A stretch of DNA of 64,000 nt from Felis catus (Eukaryota), in NCBI RefSeq assembly GCF_018350175.1, contig NC_058369.1:25174001-25238000 (forward strand), given 5' to 3'. This document shows, piece by piece, positions 26,773 to 39,039 of the stretch. The stretch's first letter is position 1. Each line of letters starts with the position of its first letter. The notes under the pieces were generated by a model. The model was given only the letters and a program-made list of their open reading frames with translations, was not told where the DNA came from and did not search any database. The translations under genes and the position numbers were made by a program.

Positions 26773-27027
26773 AAATTATTCTAGACGTTTCTGTGAAGGG
26801 TCAGGTTTTTTTTTTTTTTAGATGAAATTAACATTTAAATCAGTAGACTTTGAGTAAAACAAACTGTTCTTCATAATTTGGGTGGGCCTGATCCAATCAG
26901 TTGAAGGCCTTCATAGAACAAAGACTGACCTCCCCTAGCAAGAAAGAATTCTAACAACAGACTGCCTTTGAACTTGAATGGCCACTCTTCCCTGAGTCTC
27001 TAGCCTGCCAACCTACTCTGCAGATTT

Positions 27028-27215
27028 TAATGTTTATTTATTTTTGAGAGAGAGAACACAAATGGGTATAGGAAGAGGGAAAGGGAGAGAGAGAATCCCA
27101 ATCGGGCTTCACACTGTCAGCACAGAGCCTGACACAGGGCTCGAACCCATGAACCATGAGATCATGACCTCAGCTGAAGTCAGACGCTCAACTGACTGAG
27201 CCACCCAGGCACCCC
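27028..27215 (-). mobile_element. CAN-SINE
   Basis: TSD cctactctgca(g/a)attt. Confidence 0.88.
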
Positions 27216-27303
27216 TACTCTGCAAATTTCAAACCTGTCAAGCCTCCACAATCACACAGACGAATCACCACCTCCTTAAAAATAAATATATCTCTCTTTC
27301 TCC

Positions 27304-27344
<41 letters not shown>

Positions 27345-28119
27345 CTGTATGAGATATATATCGACAGAGACAGAGAAGACATCCTGTTATATAATATATA
27401 TTATACAATATATATCATTATAAATTATATACATACATATTATATATGTACACATTATATATCTTTATATAATATATACTTTTATATTATACATACTGTG
27501 GTATTATATGTGTGTGTGTGTGTGTGTATATACATATATATATATATTTATGTATATAATTTATATGTAAGTATGTTGGTTTTGTTTCTCTGGAGATTCC
27601 TGACTAATATACCCCCAAAACAACTGACTCTCCATCAGAAATTATCCCTTATTACCCGGACTTGCATGAAGTTCCAAGTCATCGGATGACTAAGAAAATA
27701 AAAATAAAAAATCCACAAAATACAGTAACTTAGGAAGGATAATATGTCTATGTATTGATCCAAGCCATCATAGTGGATACATGTGTTTTTAAATGCAACT
27801 TTAGGTCAAAAAGTGGTATTAATTTTATATCCATTTTGTGGCAACCTTCTCAATATGCAGCAACTCATTAGATATTAAATTATACCTTCTCCACTGATTG
27901 TTACAGGAGGTAGATACCTGACCTGGGTGCACACCATGAACTTGTAACAGGACTTAGTCTTTTTGGGTGCAAGCCCAGCTCCACTACTCATTCACAGTGT
28001 GACCCTAGGAAAGTTATCTCTCTGTGCCTTGGTTTCCCCATCAGAAAATGGAGATACTAATACCCTCTTCCTGAGGTTGTTAAATGAAATAGTACATGTA
28101 AAACACACAGCAAACTAAC

Positions 28120-28630
28120 ACAGTGCTTTTCAAACAGTAAGTTCTGACCCATTTATGAAATAAATCTAGTGGTCTCTTAGCCATCATTTAAAAAAAAGCA
28201 TAGGGGCGCCTGGATGGCTCAGTCAGTTAAGCGTCCAGCTCTTGACTTCAGCTCAGGTCATGACCTCATGGTTCATGAGTTCAAGCCCTGCATCAGGCTC
28301 CACACTCACCTTGTGAAGCCTGCTTGAGATTCTCTCTCTCTCCCTCTCCCTCTTCCCCTCCTTCCTTGTGCTCACTTTCTCTCTCAAAATAAATAAATAA
28401 ACTTTAAAAAAAAATTTTAAAGCACAAATTCAGTAGTGTAGGAAAGAATTATCAGAGGACACTAAACATACATAAGGTAAGTCTTGTCTCACCAAACTTT
28501 TGTTTCAGATATGCATGTGCATGCATTCGTGTGCGTGCATGTGCACACACACACACACACCCCCCAGGTTATAGCCTAGATTTATCTCTTACAATGTGTC
28601 ACAGTCAAACGCAAGTGTGAAAGCCCAGAC
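28120..28630. mobile_element. hAT-Charlie-type non-autonomous DNA transposon relic, interrupted by a SINE
   Basis: Degenerate inverted termini cagtgcttttcaaac / gtgtgaaagccc. Confidence 0.45.
28203..28420 (+). mobile_element. CAN-SINE
   Basis: Full structure, TSD-like aaagca. Confidence 0.88.
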
Positions 28631-30667
28631 TCCACCATATAATAAGTGCTCCATAGAATTTGGTAGCATCATAATTATTATCTCACTTGAAAAGATAATA
28701 CAACTTTATTAGTGTAATAAAACAGGGTTGCTGACCCTGGTATCGGTTCTGCCACTCATTCACCGCAGTGCTGTTTAAGAGTCACTCCACCTCCCTAGAT
28801 TCACTTGCCAGCTCTCTCTCCTCGAAGACCTCGGCAGTCATTTAAATATTCTCTGACTCACAAGGCTGGCCAAGGACTAGTGAGGCCCTGCCCAGCCCAG
28901 AACGTACAAAATGTGAGTGACCTGTTAAGAAAACCACTTGAGTGCACAGGGCTTTTGTAAAATTAAAGCCCTGCTGGAGAGAAACAGTTCCCCCCACCCC
29001 TTGGGAGATGTGTCACAGAAAGAGGTTACTCAAGGTCGCCTAGGCTGCATCTTCTGAGACTGGAACTTCAGCTCTGACACATGCTTCCTTGTTTGGGGGT
29101 TGGGTTATATCATTGTGTTTTTCCCCTAACTTTCCATGTGCACAGGCGTGCACACACACCCCTCAGTAACGAATGCGAATGAAATCCCTACGAACTGCCT
29201 GTTCTAACAGCTTGGGTAAAGGGAACCTGCTAAACCCAAAGGAGCTTGGCGTCTGAAGATCTCAAAATACTTTCTATTGGATGTAACTTTTCCCCCTCCA
29301 GAAACAAACAAAAACTCTGCCCAAATTAATACTTTTTAAAATTGCCGTGATAAACAACTCCAACCTCTCACACACATTAGCACCATTTTGTCTCAAACGG
29401 AGCCCCCAGCCCCAGCTGCGGTGCACCGTGGGTTTGCATTGCCCATTGTAGTGCCCCGGGTTGTTCCTGCAGTCTAGAAAAGCAGACTCCTAGTGACACA
29501 CACGTCGGTGCTTCACTTTTTCTTTCTTCTTCTGTAAGAATACAATTGTGGACTTGTGCCAAAGCATGACATCTGGAACGCATAAGTGCAGGTAGAGGCG
29601 TAAACTAATCTTCTAATAAGTGATAGTATTCCCTTCTTATTTTTATTCCGTTCTTCAAAGCATGATGCCAGTTTGGGGAGAGGAGGCAAAATTGCTTTAG
29701 CAGCAGAACCTTTTCCTTCAATGAAATCCTACCTCTTTGCCCGCCAAATAAAAGAAGCTAAAATACGGCCTCCCTCTAACACCCTCCACCATTCCCTGGT
29801 GCCTCTGGGGCTGTGGGCGTCCCCAGTTCTCACCACACTTGTCAAGCATGGAGGCAGGGCAATAAAGGAGGATCTCTATGGATCTCCATCACGCCCTCAG
29901 ATACGAGGAAGCTGAGTCTGCCATATGCTTGGTCAGTGCCAGATCTACTCCCATTTCACACATTCAAGGCTTAAATGTTTTACCCAAGGTCTCCAGCCTT
30001 GGATTGGACACTACCCTGTACTTGTCACTTACCTCAATAAGAAAAAGAGATGCTGATGTCCCTGGGTCTTTGTCTTTGCAGCTTCAAGGATGGGACCCTG
30101 AGTGTCAACCCATCAACGAGCGAGTGATGCATCAGGATCTGAACTTAATATGGATAAACTAGCAAAACTCCACACTGACATTCTGATTCAAATGAGTCCC
30201 TATTAAATCTCAGCTGCCTTTTTTGCAAAAATTGACAAGCTGGTCCTAAAATTCATATGAGGACCCAGAATAGCCAAAACAATCATGACAAAGGACAAAG
30301 CGAGAAGACTCATACTTCTTGATCTCAAAAGTTACAAAAAGCTGCAGTAACTAAGACAGTGGTACTGGCATAAAGATTTACATACAGGTCAATGCAACAG
30401 AATGAAGGGGGCAGAAACAAACACTTACATTTATGGCTAATTGATTTTCAACAAGGCTGCCCTTTCAACAAACGGCTCTGGGACAACAGGATCTCCACAT
30501 GCAAAACAGTGAGGCCGTACCCCTACTTCACACCACATATAAAAATTAACCCAAACTGGATCAAAGGCCTAAACCTAAGGACTAAAAACTATAAAACTCT
30601 TAGGAGAAAATTTCAGCATAAATCTTCATGCTTTATGCTTTTTGGTGTTATACTTAAGAAACATTTA

Positions 30668-30893
30668 GGGGTGTCTGGGTGGCTCAGTCGGCTAAGCGTC
30701 CGACTTCAGCTCAGGTCACGATCTCGCAGTTCGTGGGTTCGAGCCCCGCGTCGGGCTCTGTGCTGACAGCTCAGAGCCTGGAGCCTGTTTTGGATTCTGT
30801 GTCTCCCTCTCTCTCTGACCCTCCCCCGTTCATGCTCTATCTCTTTCTGTCTCAAAAATAAATAAACGTAAAAAAAAAATTAAAAAAAAAAAA
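30668..30893 (+). mobile_element. Felid CAN-SINE
   Basis: Full structure. Confidence 0.9.
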
Positions 30894-32777
30894 GAGAAAA
30901 TAAGCAACACAATAAAAATAGATAAACTGGACTTCATCACACTTAAAATCCTAGGCTTCAAGGAACACAACCAAGAAAATAAAAAGACAATCCACAGAAT
31001 AGGAGAAAATATTTAAAAATCATATATCTGATAAGGGACTGAATTTAGAATATATAAAGAACCCTTACAAATCAATAATAAAAAGACAAAGCAACTTTTA
31101 AAAACTGGCAAAAGATCTGGAAAGACACTTCTCCAAAGTGAAAAGATATTCAACCAACACAATGTTAAAGAAGAACAAAGTTAGAAGACTGCAATTTCTT
31201 GACTTCAACACTTATTACAAAGCTACAAAAATCAAGACAGTGTGCTATTAGCAAAATAATAGACAAATAGACCAATGGAAAAAAATAGCCCATAAATATA
31301 GTCAGCTCATCTCTGACAAAGGAGCAAAGGCAAAACAATGGAGCAAAGATAATCTTTTCAACAAATGGTGCTGGAATAAGTGGATATCCACATGCAAAAC
31401 AATGAATCTAAACACAGACCTTATGCCCTTTGCAAAAATTAACTCAAAATGGATCAGAGACCTAAATATAAAATGCAAAACTATAAAACTCCTAGAAGAT
31501 AACATTGGATAAAACCTAGATGGCCTTGGCTATGGTGATGCTTTTTCAGCTATGATGCCAAAAACACAATCCATGAAAGAAAGAATTGATAAGCTGGACT
31601 TCACTAAAATTTAAAATTTCTGCTCTGCAACAGATAATCCCAGGAGAATTAGAAGACACACCACAGACTAGGAAAAAATATTTGTGAAAGATATATTTGA
31701 TAAAGGACTGTTATCCAAAACATGCAAAGAGCTCTTAAACTTCAACAATAAGAAAACAAACAACCTGATCTGAAAATGAGCCAAAGACCATAATAGCCAC
31801 CTCACCAAAGAAGACATACAGATGACAAGTAAACATATGAAAAGATGCTCCTCCACATCATACGTCATCAGGGAAATGCAAATTAAAACAATGAGGATAC
31901 CACCCCGCACCTATTAGAAAGGCCCAAATCCAAAACACTGACCATACCAAACGCTGACAAAGGATGTAAAGTAACAGAAACTCTTTCATTCATTGTTGGT
32001 GGGGATGCAAAATGGTACAGCCACTTTGGAAGACAGTTTGGAGGGTTTCTTACAAAACTACATATACTCTGACCATACAATCCAGTATTTACCCTAAGGG
32101 GTTGAAAACTTATGTCTACACAAAAACCTGCATATGAATATTTAAAGCAGCTTTATTCATAACTGCCCAAACTGAGAAGCAACCAAAATGTTCTTCAGTA
32201 GGTGAATGGATAGACTTGGTACATCCAGATGATGAAATATTAAGCAGCACTAAAAACAAATGAGCTATCAAGCCATGAAAAGACAGGGAGAAACTTCAAA
32301 TGCATGTTACTAAGTGAAAGAAACCAATTGCTACATTCTGTCTGACCCCAATTATATGACATTGAAAAAAAGGGGAAACTGTGGAGACAATAAAAAGCTC
32401 AGTGGTTGTAGGGGGCAGGAGGGTAGAGATGAATAGGCAGAGCAGAGAGGATTCTTGGGGCAGTGAAAATACTCTGTATGATATTATCATTGTGTTTATA
32501 ATTATCATTATACATTGGTCCAAACCCACTGAAAATACAGCACCACGAGTGAACCCTTAGATAAACTATGGGCCTTAGATGATCATGATGTGTCAATGTA
32601 GGTTCATTCTTGGTACCAAAAGTACCATTCTGGCGAGTGATGTTCATAAATGGTAGAGGCTATGCATGTGTGGGAACAGGAAGTAGAAAGGAAATCTCTG
32701 TACTTTCCTTTCGATTTTATTAAAAAAACAAAACTAAACTAAAACTGCTCTAAAAAAATTTAAAAAAAAAGATGTTC

Positions 32778-32972
32778 GGAGTACTTGGGTGGTCAGTTGG
32801 TTGAGTGACTGACTTCAGCTCAGGTCATGATCTTACAGTTTACGAGTTCGAGCCCCACGTTGGGCTCTCTGCTGTCAGTGCGGAGCCCGCTTCAGATCCT
32901 CTGTCCCCCTCTCTCTCTGCCTCTCCACTGCTCACACGCTCTCTCTCAAAAAAAAAAAAAATTAAAAAAAAA
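32778..32972 (+). mobile_element. CAN-SINE
   Basis: Full structure with A-tail. Confidence 0.88.
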
Positions 32973-34708
32973 TTCAACACTACTAGCTATAGGGAAATGA
33001 GAATCAAAACCACAATGAGATACCACTTTATATGTACTAGGATGGCAATAATAAAAAAAGATGGACAGTAACAAGTGTTGATGAAGATGTGGAGTAATCA
33101 GAACCCTCAAACACTACTAGCGGGATTGCAAAATGGTGCTGCCATTTTGGAAAACAGTTTGGCAGTCCTCCAAAATGTAAACATAGAGTTACCATATGAC
33201 CCGCAATCCCACTGGAGGTATATACCCAAGAGAACTGAAAACATATGTCCATACAAACTTGTACTCTCCTCTCTTGGTGGGAGGGTGTGAAAAGAGAGGA
33301 AATGCATATGAACAGAGAAAGTGCTCTTGGACATGTGGTCAAATGAGGTAAATCTCATTGGAGAACAATACATATAAAATGAGCCCATTATGTTGGTTTT
33401 TAAAGATATGCACAGGTACACACACCTGTACATCAAAACATAAGAAAAATATACAGTCAGCTGACCATAAATGTTCTCTCTGCAAGCAAGCCAGGGATGG
33501 GGGAGGCACAATTTAATTTTTTACTCTACAATTTCTGATTTGTTTGTATTTGTATATGTAAAGAATATAACCAGCCTTTCTTGTACAAAAGAGCATTTCT
33601 TTTTCTAGTCAAAGGGGAAGGAAAGAGGGAAAAGGCCATTGGAGCTGGGCAGTGTGGGAGATTCTGAACGTGGATAAGAGTGAAAGAGCACTCCCAGTAG
33701 TAGGAACAGTGGATGCAAAGCTGTTAACGTTGAAAAGCCTCTGGGGTATTTGGGGGGCTGTTGGGTTCAGCTCCATTGGAGGGTCTAGCAGGTGACCTGG
33801 AATGGGGTGTGGTGACGATACACCAGAACAGTCCATTGAAGCAGCCAGGTTCTGAGGGTCATGGGTACATGGAAGCCACCACTGTAGGGGGAGGCCTGGG
33901 AGAGACCACAGGAGGGGAGGGCATCTCATGGCATTTCACACCTGACCTCTGTCTCACAGTAAATGTACCCTCAACTCCACTATCCGGATTTGGCTCCTAA
34001 TATAATTGTCTCCAGAAAGGATAGCACCTGTCCCTGGTGAGGTCCCCAAATCTGAATGAAGAACTCTCTGTGTGTTTGAGCAAACCTTTCAGAGCACAAA
34101 GTAGTGACGGAGTAATGTGTGTCCATTTTAGGTCACCAGATAATGACCACAGCCAGCCCTTCCTGCACAGAGGCTGTGCTAGGAATATGCTCTCTGCACA
34201 TATCTTCTCACTTAATCCCCACAGCAAACCCATAAGGTACAGCCAACCACTGTCCCCATTCACAGAGGAGGAAACCAAGGCTTGCAGAGGTTAGGCACCT
34301 TGCCTGAGATCACTTTGCTACTAATGCAATGCTGGAGCTGAGACTGGAACACGGGACCCCGACCATCACCTCCACCACCTCCGGACATGTCAATTTGCCT
34401 TCAAGTCGGCCACTGCCCTGCATCACCACCCCAGCTTCCAGGAAAATAGTAAGCTCAGAATTGAAGATGAATTCAGGGCTTGGGGTTCTATCAGCAGGAG
34501 CAGCAAACCCCAACCTATAAAGTTATCATATGCTGGGTGGAAGTAGAGGTGGCAGATTGGACAAAGAACTAAGTTGGACTGTTAAATAACTAGTTTGATC
34601 TTTAGCTAGCTGAGCCACACAAGGCACCAAACTGCCTCCTTTGTCTTTCAGCTCCGGCCAAGGACCCCAGCCTCTCTTTCTGGAGCACTCAGCTTTGACT
34701 TGGGTCCC

Positions 34709-35287
34709 ATATCCAGCTCTGTCCTGACTTGCGGGTCCGCTTTAGAAAAGTCAGGAGACTCCTGGGGAAATAAGGCAATGGCCTCCTCCAGTCTCATTGC
34801 TCCGTGGCCACCAGAGACCCTGGGGATCCACTTAACACCTCAACAAATCCTCACCATGCCAGAGACTGGGCGGTTGGCCGGGAGCAGCCTTTGCAATCCC
34901 AGAGCTGACATTCCACAGCGCTGTGCACCAAAGCAAGGCCTGTCAGTGATATTTAAAAGCATCTCTCTCTCTTGACATCACTGAATCAATCTTCTGGGAA
35001 GATCCCCCTCATCTCCACCTTCCCTGATACAACTGAACAGAGTTCAAGAAAGACACAGTTGGCAAGTTATTCCACTTCCCACCTTGCTTTCTTGGTCAGG
35101 AAGATGGGGATGCTAAGAGGGCATGTGCCACAGGACAGTTTTAGATAATACATGAGGATGTCAGTGTAGAGTCCAATAGCACAAGGCACGGCCTTTCACA
35201 TCAACTGGCATTTACTGAGCACTGGTATGTCAGTTCCTTTTCCACAGAATACTCACAGAAAACATATGTGCACACATGCTGCCATAA
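34709..35287 (+). pseudogene. SPATA12: Disabled SPATA12-homologous sequence (non-coding orthologue or pseudogene), antisense within ARHGEF3 intron 1
   Basis: Translated blocks ISSSVLTCGSALEKSGDSW, PELTF, INLLGR and FLGQEDGD...QLAFTE match recalled human SPATA12 in order. The start is ATA, there are frameshifts, and stops at 34833, 34947 and 35142. Position is syntenic. Confidence 0.82.
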
Positions 35288-36411
35288 CCAATGAGGATCT
35301 GGCATCATCTGAGAGCTGGTACCTCTTTATCTGGACCTTTGCACATGCTCTTCCCTCTTCCTTCCATCCCCCACCCCCCGCCACTCCCCAAGAGAAGTGA
35401 CTTGTAGCCATCCCTTTCTTTTCTTAGATATCACTTTTTCCAAGAACCCTCCCTGTCATACCTCCTTTATGCTTTGTTAAATAACATCAAATGACCAACC
35501 AATCAACCACTCAATGGGGAGAATGGGAAGCATACATCTCCTGGTCTATGATCCTATACATTTTCATCACTTCGTTTTTTTTCCATCAAAGCTTTGCTAA
35601 GTAACTACTTTCCTTCTAGATGGTTCCCTGTAGGTGATGAGATGTTTGTAACCAAATGGCACAAAAGAGGAGGCAGTCCATGGCGAGGGCAGGTGAAATG
35701 AAGCAAGTCTTACTACGTGTAGGTTTGTACTTCTAGCAGTGCCCCCCAAGGCTTATACTCGTCGCCCAGGTGGCAGTTTCAGGAAACACCATTACTCCAG
35801 GTGCCTCTGGAAAGGAAGGCACAAGCCTTCTGGTCAACCATGAGAGCACACAGTGTTGAGATCTTACTCCAGCCACCTGCTAGGATCTGGGGAGGAGGTG
35901 ATGGAGGTTCTGCCCACAATGTCTCATTTCCCCTCCCCCTTCCCCAGTGAGACAGACCATGTCCAGGGCTCAAGAGCTGACTGGCCAAGCCAGGAATTCA
36001 ACCACAACCTTGGGGTCCACACGCATAGAATTGTCTTCCCCCAGATAGCCACACCCCACATTCATCTAGGTTTCTGTTTGAATTGCTTCCTCAGAGAAAC
36101 CATCCCTGACCTAAACCAATGCTGCCTCCACCCCACTCACTCTGGGTGAGTGGATCCCATCCAGCTTCATCTTGTTTATTACACTGACCACACTCCCTGA
36201 TATCATATTATAGACCTAGTTGTCGACTGTCCATCTCTGCCCACGGGATGTAACACCATAATGGAGGAACACTGCCAGTCTTGACTGCTCTGTGGCCAGT
36301 CTCCAAGCCCTACTTCCATAAATGGTTCTTGAATAAATGGAGTGAATGAGCTGAGCTAAGGGGATAAGGCACATGTGCAGATAGGATTCCAAATAACTAT
36401 AATCTTCGATC

Positions 36412-36637
36412 TTTTTTTTTTTAATTTTTTTTCCACGTTTTTATTTATTTTTGGGACAGAGAGAGACAGAGCATGAACGGGGGAGGGGCAGAGAGAGAGG
36501 GAGACACAGAATCGGAAACAGGCTCCAGGCTCCGAGCCATTAGCCCAGAGCCCGACGCGGGGCTCGAACTCCCGGACCGCGAGATCGTGACCTGGCTGAA
36601 GTCGGACGCTTAACCGACTGCGCCACCCAGGCGCCCC
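36412..36637 (-). mobile_element. Young felid CAN-SINE
   Basis: TSD atcttcgatcttt at 36402 and 36638. CpGs intact. Confidence 0.95.
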
Positions 36638-36904
36638 ATCTTCGATCTTTTTTTTACAAAAAAGTGTACCCATTTTCACAACTGAATGAACAGTTTTCAC
36701 TACAGTGAAGAAGAAGGCAAAGCTTATCTCCAAACCTCTCCACAGAAGACCCCATTCCACCCACCACACCGGCGATCTCCCACGCAGGAATGTGCATTAA
36801 TTAGAATCATATATACAAGCGTTTCATTGTCACTCAAGTTTCAACCTGTGCAAAGTGATATGAATCAGACAATATTTGTACACACCATTAAGATAATGCA
36901 TCCT

Positions 36905-37129
36905 GGGGCGCCTGGGTGGCGCAGTCGGTTAAGCGTCCGACTTCAGCCAGGTCACGATCTCGCGGTCCGGGAGTTCGAACCCCGTGTCAGGCTCTGGGCT
37001 GATGGCTCGGAGCCTGGAGCCTGTTTCCGATCCTGTGTCTCCCTCTCTCTCTGCCCCTCCCCCGTTCATGCTCTGTCTCTCTCTGTCCCAAAAATAAATA
37101 AACGTTGAAAAAAAATTAAAAAAAAAAAA
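36905..37129 (+). mobile_element. Young felid CAN-SINE
   Basis: 14-bp TSD aagataatgcatcc at 36890 and 37130. Confidence 0.95.
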
Positions 37130-39039
37130 AAGATAATGCATCCAAGGATTAATTTTTTTAATTAATTAAACCTGGCTGGCTTGGTCAGAAGAGCGTGTGA
37201 CTCTTGATCTCTGGGTTGTGAGTTTGAGGCCCATGTTGGGCGTACAGCCTACTTAAGAAAAACAAAACAAAAAAAAGCTCTTACTCACCTCACTTCACTC
37301 AGGGGATGCTCATTCATTCTGTCACTAAGGAACATTTATAAAGCATCTACTGTGTGTCAGGGGCCAGAGCTCAGTGGTAAAGAGGGCAATACCTCTAGGC
37401 TCTTGGAGTCTGCATTCTCCTGTGTGGAGGCAGACAATAAACCCATAAATAGATACATGACTATGAACATTTCAGGTACGCTCCATGAATAAAATACAAT
37501 GGGAGAGTGTGATAAATACTGATAGGGGAGGGGCTGCTTTGAACAGAGTGGTCAAGGAAACCATCTCTATAGAGAAGACATCCAAGCTAAAGGACAAGAT
37601 ACTGCCGGACATGAGAAGAGTGGTAGAAGAGTGTGCTCTGCAACAGGAAGAGCATGTGCAAAGGCCCTGAGGAGTCTCCTGACAACTTGAAATCAAATTT
37701 TATGAACGGCATCCCATCCTAACAGCCCCACAACAGGCCAACCATCTCTGCTCCCTCAGCTTGCCTTCTCCTTTCCCCAATTGACTTCTTTATCAGATTT
37801 TCTCAAGTCAAGGCAGACTTGAATTTCCACTGGAAGGTGTGCCCTGAGTAAGGGCACAAAGGAACACGTGTACACTTCTACTTCTAGGAGACACAGGTAA
37901 TGCTGACATCTTGACACCATAAGAACTTGGGCCTGCTCCTGTACAAGAGGTAAGAATGTCCCCACCAGCAATTCAGGATCCCCTCTTGTGGGGTGCAGGC
38001 TTTTTGCAGAAAATGATGAAGAGAGAACTCTCTGGAAAAATACACACCTGTGCTCCAAGCATCTCATGTACATGTCAGAAGATTCCTGGAGCCCCAGGCT
38101 CAGGACTCCCATCTGTGGTTACTACCACCAAAAGATGCTAAACTGGTGCAGACTCCACTGGAGGGACAATCTGCTAGAGGTTAGTGAGTGGAGGGGAGGG
38201 GACAAGAGCAGGTCTTTGGGCCCCTAACTACACTCCCACACTCACAGAGATGAGACAGTATCAGCCTATCAGGGGGCCTGAGAACTGAAGGAATTCCCAT
38301 GGAACCTTATTCACTCCCCCTCAGTGAGGCAAATATGCAGTCACACTCTAGAGCTTCCAGAGAAGGTCTGAGACCCCATTTCTCAGCAGCGTCCTTGACA
38401 AAGGTCATCTCTAATCTCGTATTCTGAGACACATTTTGCAAAAGGCTGCTTCACCATAGGAAACATTACTGCAAAGCCCAAGGATTTTGCAGCCCAAAAC
38501 AACTAAAGCCAGTAGAGCTTACCTTGATACAAGGCACAATTCTAAGAACTTTCACCTCACACAACACTTTAGCATTTGTACTATTATCCTCATTTTACAG
38601 ATGAGAAAACTAAGGCACAGATGGGTGAAGTAACTTGCCTGAGACTATACAACTAAGACAGAGACACAGAAAAGCTTTCTGCTTCCACACCCCAACCAAG
38701 AAAAAACAGTTATACCTTGTGTTGTGCCTGAAATGCTGTAAAATAAGTTTCTGCGGGTGCGTCCAGGACAACTACCGTTTGGCAGTTCTCACATCTTTGC
38801 CCAGGGCTGGAAGCAAGCCGGGTTCAGGCATTAAAGCGGGAAAGAGTCCTCTAGGAACAAGTCACTCTGTTTCAGCACTGTTCAAGCCCATGTTGAGGCT
38901 GACAGTGCAAAGCGCAGCTCTACCCCGTGGCAAAGCCCAAAGGCATCCAGTTCCGCCGGGCTCGGCCAACTTCCACACTCAGAAAATGCTCACCGGCCTC
39001 TGGCTATGAGGCACCGAGATTCACCCTAACCCCTTGGGG

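Larger units (their letters stand above)
26418..27611. mobile_element. ERVL LTR (MLT2-like) carrying two SINE insertions and a CT/AT microsatellite
   Basis: Starts ttaattttatgtgtcaacttg, contains gggtgggcctgatccaatcagttgaaggcc, ends tttctctggagattcctgactaata. Confidence 0.75.
30195..33260 (+). mobile_element. Nested L1 complex: host L1 ORF2/3' fragment with a second L1 (~31155-32766) and two SINEs inserted
   Basis: Degenerate ORF2 C-terminal motifs (caaatggtgctgg, aaaattaactcaaaatggatca, caaaaccacaatgagataccac) appear twice in nested order. Confidence 0.8.

Noticed and set aside
30392..30766. L1 ORF2-like peptide as an active retrotransposon gene
   Set aside because: A degenerate fragment with deletions and frameshifts that runs into a SINE.
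34700..34975. 91-aa ORF as an intact SPATA12 gene
   Set aside because: It starts at TTG, the homologous start is ATA, and similarity in this frame ends after PWPP because of a frameshift.
36905..36990. tRNA-like sequences (A/B boxes), here and at other SINE heads
   Set aside because: They are tRNA-derived heads of CAN-SINEs with CT blocks, A-tails and TSDs, not tRNA genes.
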